This document shows, piece after piece, positions 35,054 through 44,851 of a stretch of DNA of 44,851 bases. The position numbers were made by a program, and so were the translations under genes. The stretch's first letter is position 1, and every line of letters starts with the position of its first letter. The stretch is from Macrostomum lignano (Eukaryota): positions 1 through 44,851 of the forward strand of contig NIVC01004472.1 in NCBI GenBank assembly GCA_002269645.1. The letters run 5' to 3'. The notes beneath the pieces are model-generated. The model did not search any database, was not told the DNA's origin, and saw only the letters and a list, made by a program, of their open reading frames with translations.

Positions 35054-35428
35054 TACGATGTGAGCTGTACAATTAGTTGACTCATTTGGATGAGATTGTA
35101 CATGTAGTAGGGTTTCGAGTTGTAATCTTGGTGCGCGCGCGCGGGCCGTCTGGGGATGACACTGTACATGTAGATTAATGCACATACTGCGTACACATAG
35201 AATTGGGGATAGACATGGACAATTGAGATAGATAGGGATTAATGTACATGGGATTAATGTACATATCCATTTTGAGATAGATAGGGATTAATGTACACGG
35301 AATTAATGTACATATATGAGTACATGGATTATTACGACTACATATTGCCATATCACGCTTAGGATAGCGTTTTCATATACTACTTACTTCATTTTCAGAT
35401 AGTAGTATAATTTGCGTTTTTTGCGTCA
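35054..35428 (-). repeat. Right copy of the long-range inverted repeat
   Basis: Reverse complement of 15990-16376. Confidence 0.93.
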
Positions 35429-35467
35429 AAACATCGGAAAATCAACCGTTAAAGGCGCGATACGTAG

Positions 35468-35742
35468 TCGTGACCTAAATCTGTATCTGGGGGGCCGTGA
35501 CCTAAATCTGTATCTGGGGGGGGGTCGTGACCTAAATCGGTATCCAAGCTTGGTCATGACCAATTATGAATCAGTTTCCGGGGTCATGACCAATTATAAA
35601 TCAGTATCCGTGGTCGACGTCATGACCAATTATAAATGAGTATCCGTGGTCATGACCAATTATAGAATCTATTCTGACCTAAATCATTAATCATTTAGTC
35701 ATGACCTAAATCAGAAGCTAGCTAGCTGGGGTCATGACCTAT
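35468..35742. repeat. Cluster of short TGACC-core repeats
   Basis: gtgacctaaatc x3, gtcatgaccaattata x4, tgacctaaatc x2 and ggtcatgacct. Confidence 0.8.
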
Positions 35743-35958
35743 AAATCAATATCGGGGACAATTTTATGCATGTGCATGTAATTGATTTTCTGATTCTGCA
35801 CCTACATATGTAAATCAGTACCTGGGACAAGTCGCTTGTGGAGCTGCATGTACATTAAACGTCAGAATTAATTGGTACATGTTAAAACATACGGTACATG
35901 TATTTACAGCTGCCAATGCACGCACTAACAATCCCACGCCGACACAGTTGCTGACGCC

Positions 35959-38900
35959 TCAAATCTTGGTGTCGCTCAGCAGGTAGATCGAGCTGTACAG
36001 CGGCGGCGGGCTCGACTCGGTTCGACCGTCGTCAACGTCGATGCTGCCTGGCTCAGCGCCGTGCAGGTTGACGAATTCGCGATGGTGACGGCCATCGTCG
36101 GTGTTCGCCGCCGCGTTGTGGTAGGGCCGGGCGGCCTCAAACCGGATGTTACCATTCCATGGAGTCGGGGGAGCCGATTTGTGAGCCGCGGCCGCCGAGA
36201 AGAAGCCGCCGGCCCGATTGTCGTCGTCGGCGTCGTCGTCAACGCTGGTCTCAAAGGCGGCCGGATCGAAGGCCGGATTTTCGCTGCCAATTCCGTAGGC
36301 TGGAGGCGTCGGCGGCAGGTGGCGGAAGCGGAGCCGGTGGGCGCGCAGCACCGCCTTTTGGTGGCTGGCCGCGTACCTGTTAGTTGGCCGGGTTTTGATG
36401 GGGGATTTTCTATTGAAGTCTTTGAATTTTTTAGAAAGCCAATTTCTTAAAAAATTACTCTGTTGTATATTATATAGTTGTGTATCTATCAGTGAAAGTT
36501 TCATTTTCCAATTGTTTTCTTCTTATTTCATAGTCATGAAATGTGCAATCCTTGTTTTTGTGACGAAGAAATGGACTTTTTCCTATCTCCACAGTGTATT
36601 TTTTCTGGGAAATTGGCCTCCTAAAAATTATACGATCTTTGAGTTTTACGTTTTGTTATGCTACGCTAGTAAAGTGGTCCCTGTAACTGCCCTTCAGTCA
36701 GGAACTGCATGCCTTCTTCGCTCGATTTGAGCCCCTTATGCTGCACACCCATTCCCAGTTGGATTACGACAGCCTTCTACTCTTACCCGTCCAACGCTGC
36801 TGCCACCGCGGCCGACGAGCCGCCGAAAGAGGCCGACGGCGTCAACGACGGAGCCAGCGGCTGGCGCTCTCGCACGAACGGCCGCCTGGCCGCCTGGAAG
36901 CAGCGCGCCGCGGCGGCGCCCAGCGCCAGCGCCAGCAGCACGGAGCCGGCGGAGACCACGGCGATGAACCAGGCCTGCTGGGTCACCGGATTGGACGACA
37001 CCGAGGCGACACCCGGCGACGGGATGGTGGCTGGCGGCGCGGCAACGAACTGCTTGGCCGAGACGCTCAGGTAGATGACGGGACTGGCCGCCCTGCCAGC
37101 CTCAGTTTGCAATCGGAGCTCAACAGCGTAAAACTCCCTCTGCTGCGACACCTGGTTGAATGAGTACTCAGTTGCCTTGGTGACGACGGCCTGCACCGAG
37201 TCCAGTAGAAGGGTGTAGCTGAGAACTCGGCCATTCACTGCGAAGCTGCCGCTCCAGTCTATGGTGATGCGTGCTCCGCTGAATGTCGCGGTTGGCAAGT
37301 TGGTGTACAGCGGGGCTGCGATGGAGGATGGGTTCGGCTTTGTGACAGTAAAATGGCTGTGCTTTTTATCGGCATCCCGTGACATACACTGGTGCTTTGG
37401 AGGGGCGCAAGTAGCCAAGTGAGATGCCAGTGTACGAAGTGATCTCCGTCAGCACCGGAAGTTTAGCAGAGCGACTTGTGAATTACCGAAGCCCACTACC
37501 TGATACCACTAAAACCCACCACCTGACACTACTAAAACCCACCCCCTGACACTACTGAAACCCACTACCTGACACTACTAAAACCCACCACCTGACACTA
37601 CTAAAGCCCACCACCTGACACTACTGAAATCCACTACCTGACACTAAAACCCACCACCTGACACTACTAAAGCCCACCACCTGACACTACTGAAACCCAC
37701 CACCTGACACTACTGAAACCCACCACCTGACACTAAAACCCACCACCAGACGTTAACAAAACCCAACGACCGACACTAACAAAACACATGGACAGACACT
37801 AACAAAACCCTTGGACAGACACTAAAAAAGCCATCAACAGACACTAACAAAACCCATGGACAGAAACTATCAAAACCCATCGACAGAAACTATCAAAACC
37901 CATCGCCAGACACTATAGACCCCCAGTGTGTCAGACATCTAAGCGAATGAAGAGTTCAAGAACAACTTACCGGATGACAGAGTAGTCACATTTGTCCAGA
38001 CTCGTTCCGCGCTCTCGTATCTCTCGTTGACTATCACCTCTCGGAAATGGTAGGTCGTGAACGGCGAAAGACCCGAGAACTTGAGTACTCCATCGTCGTT
38101 CCGATTGTCTTGGTCGCAAATTCCGGATGCTGTGCAGGGGCTGCCCATCACGACTTGCCGACTGTAATCAATTTTAATCGATTTTAAGAACAATCACGAT
38201 TTTGTAGACTTGTTATTGGGTAGTTGTTCTCAGTACGTGAGGTGTTTGTTGTAGGGGGGATAGGAAATGATCAGCTATCCGTGGGTGGTTGTTGCAGGGG
38301 TAGGAAATGATCAGCTATCCGTGGGTGGTTGTTGCAGGGGTAGGAAATGATCAGCTATCCGTGGGGTGGTTGTTGCAGGGGTAGGAAATGATCAGCTATC
38401 CGTGGGGTGGTTGTTGCAGGGTAGGAACTGGTTCAATTGGCGTTGATAGTTTATTTAAAAAAGGAAGGAACGATGAGAAAAGATAACGATGGCACCTTAA
38501 CTAAAACATGACGATCCTTATGAAGCGTTACTACATACTTAAAGATGCTCACCGCAAAATGGGTCCATTAGGTGCAATGGGGTCCTGCCATTGCAGCTCA
38601 ACATAGTCCGCAGTTACGTTAGCAACTAGCAGGGGCCGGAGTCCCTGCGGCACGCCTACCGTGGTTCGAACTGGCACTCTGGAACTGTTCTGACAGCCAG
38701 GCGATGTGCAGACAGCAGCCTGGACACTGTACTCAGTGTACGGCGTCAATTCGGTAAGCGTGTTGACCAAGATTTTGCCATTAATCACTTCCGAACCGTT
38801 CAAGTAGATTTTTATCGCATTTACAAAGCCGTTTAATGTTTTGGCCTCCGGCTGCTGTATCTGAGTCAGAATTGTCGTATTGGTTGTGCCCTGGATGGGA

Positions 38901-41900
38901 AGTGGGAAAGGATTGTCGGATTAAGTCTGCTCTCGATGACTGATCCCCCTCGATCTCGGCGACTGATACCACTCTGATCTCGGTGACTGATCCCACTCTG
39001 ATCTCGGTGACTGATCCCCCTCTGATCTCGGTGACTGATCCCACTCTCTGCCTGCTTTGGCATGCAAAGTCCGCAACAACGGTCTATGCTCACAAGTATC
39101 AGTGGCGGGAAAACATCCTCTGGAAGCGCCTCCTTTGTGCGCACCAGAGTCCAGGTACTGGCAGCACCGACTGACAGGCTGTTGAAGCTGGTGACTCGGT
39201 ACTGATAATAGGTGTACGGCTTCAGGCTGCTTGTGTTCTCGCGATACTGCAGCTCCGTCCCGACGTACACGGTGACGGCGCTGCCGAAATTGTCGCTGTC
39301 GGTTGAATCGGCCACCTCCTGCCGTCGTTGCAGCTCGTAGCGCCGGATGACGCCGAACGGGTAGACGGGCGGCGACCAGGTGACCACCACGCCGGCGTGC
39401 GCGTTGCTGGCGTCGCCAAGAGCGACGGCCGTCGGCGCCAGCTGGTTTTGCGGAGTCGCTTCGCCAGTGGCGAGGGCCAACGTCTCGGAGACGCTGCAGC
39501 CGCCGGCTGTGCAGGCTTTGACTCGGACACCGTAGAACGTGTAGGGCGTGAGACCGGACAAGCTGGCCTGCAGAGTAGAGCTTGAGTAGGCTGGGAACAA
39601 GGTAGTACCATTCAGCAGCAGGGTGTAGTTCAGTATCTGGCCATTGGGCAGACTCGGCGGTTTCCAGGCTATGCGAATTTCCGTTGCGGTCACTGCAAGC
39701 AGATTTGGCGCCAATAGACCCATGGGCGCGCCGGCCTGAGTGCTGGCGGTGGCGCCGGGGCTGTAGACAGTGCCCTTGCTGTTGCTGGCGGCCACAGTAT
39801 AGGTGTACTCTGTCCCCGCAGTGAGGCCAGAGTCGATATAGTTCCTGGAGCTGGCTGGCAGGGTCTGAATGATTGCGCCATTGCGGCTCAGCTGGTACTG
39901 GATGATGAGACCGTTCGGTTGGTCCGACTGACCCCAGCTGACCTCGATGCGGCTGGAGTCCAGCACCATCAGACCGGGCGGGCGCATGTTCATGGGCACC
40001 GACTCGTCCGTGCGCATATTGACATCCTCGCTGGCTGAGCAGCCGCCTTTCGAACAGACAAGCAGGCGCACCTGGTACAGAGTGTACGGCGACAGTCCAG
40101 TAAGTGTTGTAGTCAAGTTCAAGCCGTTGTACACCGGCACGGAGTTGAGGTGCAGCGTGTACAGCACGATATTTCCGTTGGGCATCGCTGGCGGAGACCA
40201 CTGGACCGATAGCGCCGTGGAGGACGCACTTTTCAGAATCGGCGGTTCCACGGAGGCTGGCGGAGCTTCCAAAGTGCGCTGGAAGGTGTAGTTGCTTGTG
40301 GAGCAGGGATTGGTTTCAGCCCGGTTGCAGGCTCCGATGTTGTACGCGTACAGTGTGAACGGCATCAGGTTTCTATCCATGTAGTGCCACGTGTTGAAGC
40401 CGGTGACGGTTGCCAATAGAGTATCGTTTCGATAGATCAGGTATCTGGTAATGTTACCGTTTGGCTGGCTCGGCGCTTGCCAGGTAACATTTAGCTGACT
40501 GTAGTCCGAGGCCACAAGGCTTAGTACGGGCGGTTGCAGCTGAGCTGGGCTCGCCTCCGGAGTGAAAATTCTGGCCGTTGCGCTGATTGCACAGCTGGCG
40601 CTGTTGCACGCCTCGATCGAGTAGAGATACGACTTTGCCGGCTCCACTGTAGTGTCTTTAAACGTAAACCTTTTGACGGTTCCGTCCGTTACATTTACAA
40701 CGCCAACCAGTAGCCTATCGGAGACTGACCGTTTTCTACGGACTGATCCCGCCATCTGCACCTGGCGACGGTAGATGTTATAACTGATTATCTTTCCATT
40801 CGGTTGCACGGGAGGAGACCAGCTAAGAAGCACCGATCTGGCGGTAGTTTCATTGAAGTCCGGACTTGGCTGGCTAATTGGCTGCACTTCCGCGGTGTTC
40901 ACTAACTGGACGGGCGATTTAGCACAGCCCGCAACGGTGCAGGCTTCCAGGCAGACATTGTAGAACGTGTATGGTGTCAACGGGCGCCATTGAAAGCCTT
41001 GCGTTAGCCCTTCGTAGATTTTGTTGTACTTTGAATCGGTCACCTGATAGATGGCGTAGAGAGTAATGATGCCGTTCGGTTGCCTGGGAGTGGGCCAAGA
41101 AAGTTGAACTCCGCGACCGTCGCTGTATCGAGAAACGGTAAAATTGGACAAGCCGGCTGGGGAACTTTGCTCCGTTTGAATTTGAAACCAACTGCTGGAC
41201 CCGGCGCCCTTGTTGTTAATAGCGGTCACCCGGACCTGGTACGGTGTGTAGGGCAGCAGGCCGCCAACGATGCTGGTTCTTTTGCTGCCGTCAACGTAGA
41301 CGTTTTCAATAGCGTAGCTTATCGTAGGGTCCAGCGACATGCGTTGAAAGTCGAGGCGGTATTGAATAATGAAACCGTTGGGAACGGTCGGTGGTACCCA
41401 GGTAACTCTAGCTGAGAATGGACCCAGCACGCTGACATCAGGTAAAACCAACCTCTGCGGCAGGTCTTCTAGCGTGAGCACCGTAGACCAATTACTGCCA
41501 GTCATGCCCACTGAGTTCATTACAATCACCTGGTAGTCAAACGAAGTGTATGGCGTCAAGTCGGGGCTATAGTCCAGATACTCTGTAGTTGCCGGACTCA
41601 AAATTGCCGCCGTCTGAATCACCGTACTTCCTGTGAGGCGTCGCGTTATTCTGTAGCTGGTGATCACCCCGTTCGGTCTTTGAGGCGGCTTCCAAATTAC
41701 TTTTATAGTGTTTTGATCAACGGCCATCAGGAACGGGGAATAAATTCTGTTCGGCACGCCCTCAAGAGTTTTCACGCTGCGCATGGGGCCCAGGCTGCAG
41801 CTGTACGTTGAAGACTTGGTGCAGGCCCCTATAGCTAAGCTGTATTTTGTGTACGGCTCGAGCTTATCGATGGAGGCTGAGAACTTCACTGAGTAGCCAA

Positions 41901-44819
41901 TTTCAAACACGACGCCGCGTTCGCTCACCACTAGCACCTTGTAATTGTCTATTGCTAATTCGTCTGGTAGTTTAGTCCACGACACGTCGATCTGAGTGGA
42001 CGAGACGCGGCAATACTAGTGATGACACTGTAATTTTTTGGTGACGACGCTGGCAAGATGACAGAACTCCAGGAGCTGTTACCTGACCCGGCCGATGTGT
42101 AAGCCTCTAAGAGAAACTCGTAGGTTTCTCGGGCAATAAGGCCAGAGACGCTGACGTTTTGTCTCGAACCATCAATTGCGGCAATGTTAACGGGAATGTT
42201 CGGCCCGGACGTGCGGACCTGGTAGATCTTGTACTGTAAAATATTGCCCTTCGGTTCGCTGGTTTCTGCCACACGATCAGCACTGACGTGGGCGATGAGA
42301 TCACAATACTGGGCTGATGAATTCCAGCGGGAACGCCGTCCTTTGTAGTGGCCTCTGCATACGTACTATTCAGGCACCCCTGCGCAGTGCAGCAGCCCAG
42401 CACTATTGAGTATCTCGTGGCAGGTGTTAAATCCGAATAGGTGAACTCTGTGGAAAATCCGCTGTACACTTTCCGTTGATTTCTTAAGTCGTACAGATCA
42501 TAATGACTAATAATACCGTTAGGCGAAGTAGGTGGCGACCAGGACACTTTGAACTCCGTGTCAGACTGCGCAAGTATTATTGGTGGGTTGAGTCCTACAG
42601 GTACGCCTGAGCTGTGGCCACTTTCACCTGAAAACAATGTTTTAAGTTAGAGAGGATTTGTTATGAGAGAGTTAAATAATGCAAAAAGGCAAGGATCGTT
42701 AACCTGGACCACTTTGAAAGCTTACAGGAACTGAAACTGTACATCCACCTAGTGTACAGGCTTCGAGAGTGTACATGTACACTCTGTACGGCTGTATTGT
42801 CACCGTGTCCGTGAATGAGTTCTGCAACCCATTGTAAACTTCTAGCAGAGCGGTGGCACTTTCATCCTGCCTCTTGATGCTGTAAATTGTGATCGGCCCG
42901 TTGGTCTTGCCCGGCTCGCTCCATTGAATGTAGATGGCATCCAGACGGCTTGGTTGGACTGTCGGCGGCGTCACCTGTTCCGGCGGGGCCTGCAAGGTGC
43001 TCGCCGTCTTGTTCGCACTTGTGACTGAGCCAGCAGTGTTCATTGCAGTCACATAGTACGAGTAGTTTGTGTATGCTTTTAGGCCTGTGTCTGAAGTTAT
43101 GAAAAATATATTCAATATCTAATTGATCTAAGTTACCAAGGCTTGCATCATTTTTGTCATGCATGATTTTATATTCATAGTTACGATCTGTTTGACAGTT
43201 TATAATACTCCATGAACATTGTTATAATTTTAAACCATTCAAAATATCCGCCAAAATTTACCTAAAAACTCGAGGCTAGATCCGGAGTAGACAACGCTGT
43301 ACTCTGACCAGCAGAGACTCTTGCCTTGCTTTTTAGTGTTGATTTAGCCTCGGGTCTTACATAGGTAAGGCACTCGGAAGTGTCCCATGGAAACACGCAG
43401 GAATCGCACATAGAAGTGCCATTGTAAGACCTGGGACACGTGAGCCCTTGCCGCAGCCCGCTCCGCATAGAGCTGGTCGCGGTCTGCGCAGACCCGGGTG
43501 TTCGCATCGAAGCCCCGGCCGTTGCAGCAGGCGTGCGACGAGTCAATCAGCGAGGTGCCGCAGCAGGTCCGTCCCGACGTCAGCTTTTCCTGCGCTGACG
43601 AATAGAAGTAGGCCATCACCTCGCCTCGCCAGCTGTCCTTGCAGCATCTGCTTGTGTTACTCTCCAGGTACTGCATACCGCAGCAATCCTTGCCAGCCTC
43701 TGGATAGAAAGCGATCCCGGATGTGCTGGTTCCGCAACATCGCATTGTTGATGGCATTATTTGATTGCCGCAGCACTGCTGACCATTCTTGCTGTACAAT
43801 TTGTCTGAAATTTTAAAGTGATTGCTTTTGTTGGTTCTTTGTAGTTGTTTCAACTATTCGTTACTTAATGCCGTTTATCCCAAATGAGCTCTGGAATACG
43901 GTTAATCCTACTGACTATTTGTAAAGACGATTTTATACGTAGTCAATGGTGCAACTTACTATTGCAGCAAATCTGATCGCTGCTGTTGCTGGAATGCGGA
44001 ACGGAACTGCAACAGACGTCTCCAAATCCAATATTCTCGCGGTTCTCCTTGCCATCCGGACAGCAGACATGTCCGTCGCTGACCTCCAGCTACTTGTTGT
44101 TGCAGCAAACATAATTGGCCTTGTATGAATAGAACTTATCACCGCAGCAAACGTCGGTTGGGAAATTCCGTCTTGGAACGTAGTTGGAATTGCAGCACTC
44201 CATGTAGGGGTCTCTTGCGTAGAGCCTTCCAGAACAACAGGCGTTGGTTGTTGCGTTGTAGCACACTTGATCGCAGAGTGACCAGCCAATCGGCAGGCGA
44301 TGTACTGGCAGTGGTTCACGCTGTTCAAGTAGCAGTCCTGGTGAACACTGCGGTACAACTGATAGTTGCGTATGACTCCGTTTGGCGACGAGGGCATTGT
44401 CCAGACAATTTTGAGGCTGCTGCTGCTGGCTGGTAGCACCGCTGGCGCCGAGATGCCCTCCGGAGGAAGCTCCTTGGTCGAAGCTTCCGTGCTGTTGCTT
44501 TTCAGGCAAGCAAAAATTGTGCAAGCCTCTACCTGAAAAACCAAACCGTGGTATTGCGCTTTTATGGAGCAAGTACGTTTTTAGACTTAAAGAACTCAAA
44601 ACCTTTTTATCAGCTTACCGAAACGAAGTACAAAGTAAACGGTTCAGGTCGGTAAGCAGATAGGAGCCCTCCGTCGACATGCCAGTGTCGATTTGTTTGT
44701 CGTTGAGGTAAATGTAGTAGCGGATTATCTGACCGTTTGTTACGATTGGAGCCGAGAAGTACACGCGAATTGCGTCAATGCTGACTGTTTGTAGTCTCGG
44801 TGGTGGCAGCCCGATCGCA
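35959..44819 (-). CDS. USH2A: Usherin, 3' portion (FN3 array, Cys-rich region, TM helix, cytoplasmic tail). Exons 44819-44619, 44532-43960, 43804-43262, 43090-42726, 42627-39094, 38890-38553, 38161-37971, ~37475-36787, 36409-35959; contains frameshifts and a TAG in this assembly
   Basis: Tandem FN3 repeats (W.PP..PNG.I..Y, L.PYT.Y, ACT..GC..S) and the usherin-specific CC-repeat region (CCGNQIM...CCGMQY...CCNGRGF). TM segment WFIAVVSAGSVLLALALG...RPFVRERQPLAP resembles human WFIVLMAMLGLILLAIFL...PYIRERPPLVP. C-terminal PDZ ligand LSDTKI* resembles human FTDTHL*. Canonical, phase-compatible splice sites except the uncertain acceptor near 37475. Confidence 0.93.
37490..37920. repeat. ~23-bp intronic minisatellite, degrading to the right
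   Basis: cctgacactactaaaacccacca units. Confidence 0.9.
38255..38425. repeat. ~40-bp intronic tandem repeat, 4 copies
   Basis: ggggtaggaaatgatcagctatccgtgggtggttgttgca. Confidence 0.9.
38935..39048. repeat. 24-bp intronic tandem repeat, ~4.5 copies
   Basis: gatctcggtgactgatcccactct at 38952, 38976, 39000 and 39024. Confidence 0.9.
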
Positions 44820-44851
44820 CTGTAAAAATGCGCACTTTGTGCTAGAAACTT

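Noticed and set aside
16034-35383. AGTAGT...ACTACT as the exact Polinton termini
   Set aside because: The inverted similarity continues at least 45 bp beyond these motifs and no 6-bp TSD flanks them.
38921-40201. 426-aa alternative-frame ORF and antisense ORFs over usherin
   Set aside because: Shadow frames of a GC-rich coding exon.
42699-42725. Extending the usherin exon to the later donor (SFQSGPG|GTTAAC)
   Set aside because: The earlier GTAAGC donor at 42725 gives the FN3-linker consensus VP|VKVATAQGVPVG once a single missing G is restored.

Overview
Repeat-rich metazoan genomic DNA. The LINE tail, short GT-AG introns and TTAGGG-type repeats suggest a Macrostomum-like flatworm (inference). 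Host genes: the 3' part of an usherin (USH2A) orthologue on the minus strand (35959->44851; nine visible exons, many 1-bp frameshifts and one TAG), a CUB + C-type-lectin gene on the minus strand (<1-~3850), and a two-exon orphan gene (13729-15169) with one in-frame TAA. The centre is nested mobile DNA. The most notable piece is a Polinton/Maverick-type protein-primed DNA polymerase B gene (~32545-34686) with ~80-bp spliceosomal introns, one of which splits the catalytic YCDTDS motif, and a large internal deletion. It lies just inside the right copy of a ~380-bp inverted repeat whose left copy is 19 kb away (15990-16376 vs 35054-35428). Between the two repeat copies are a 2.2-kb solo LTR with a 4-bp TSD, an orphan polyQ first exon, and a head-to-tail dimer of DINE-1/HINE-like elements. 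The dimer carries (CCCTAA)n tracts, tRNA-derived Pol III boxes and large minisatellites. Most other long ORFs in the track are artefacts of tandem repeats.
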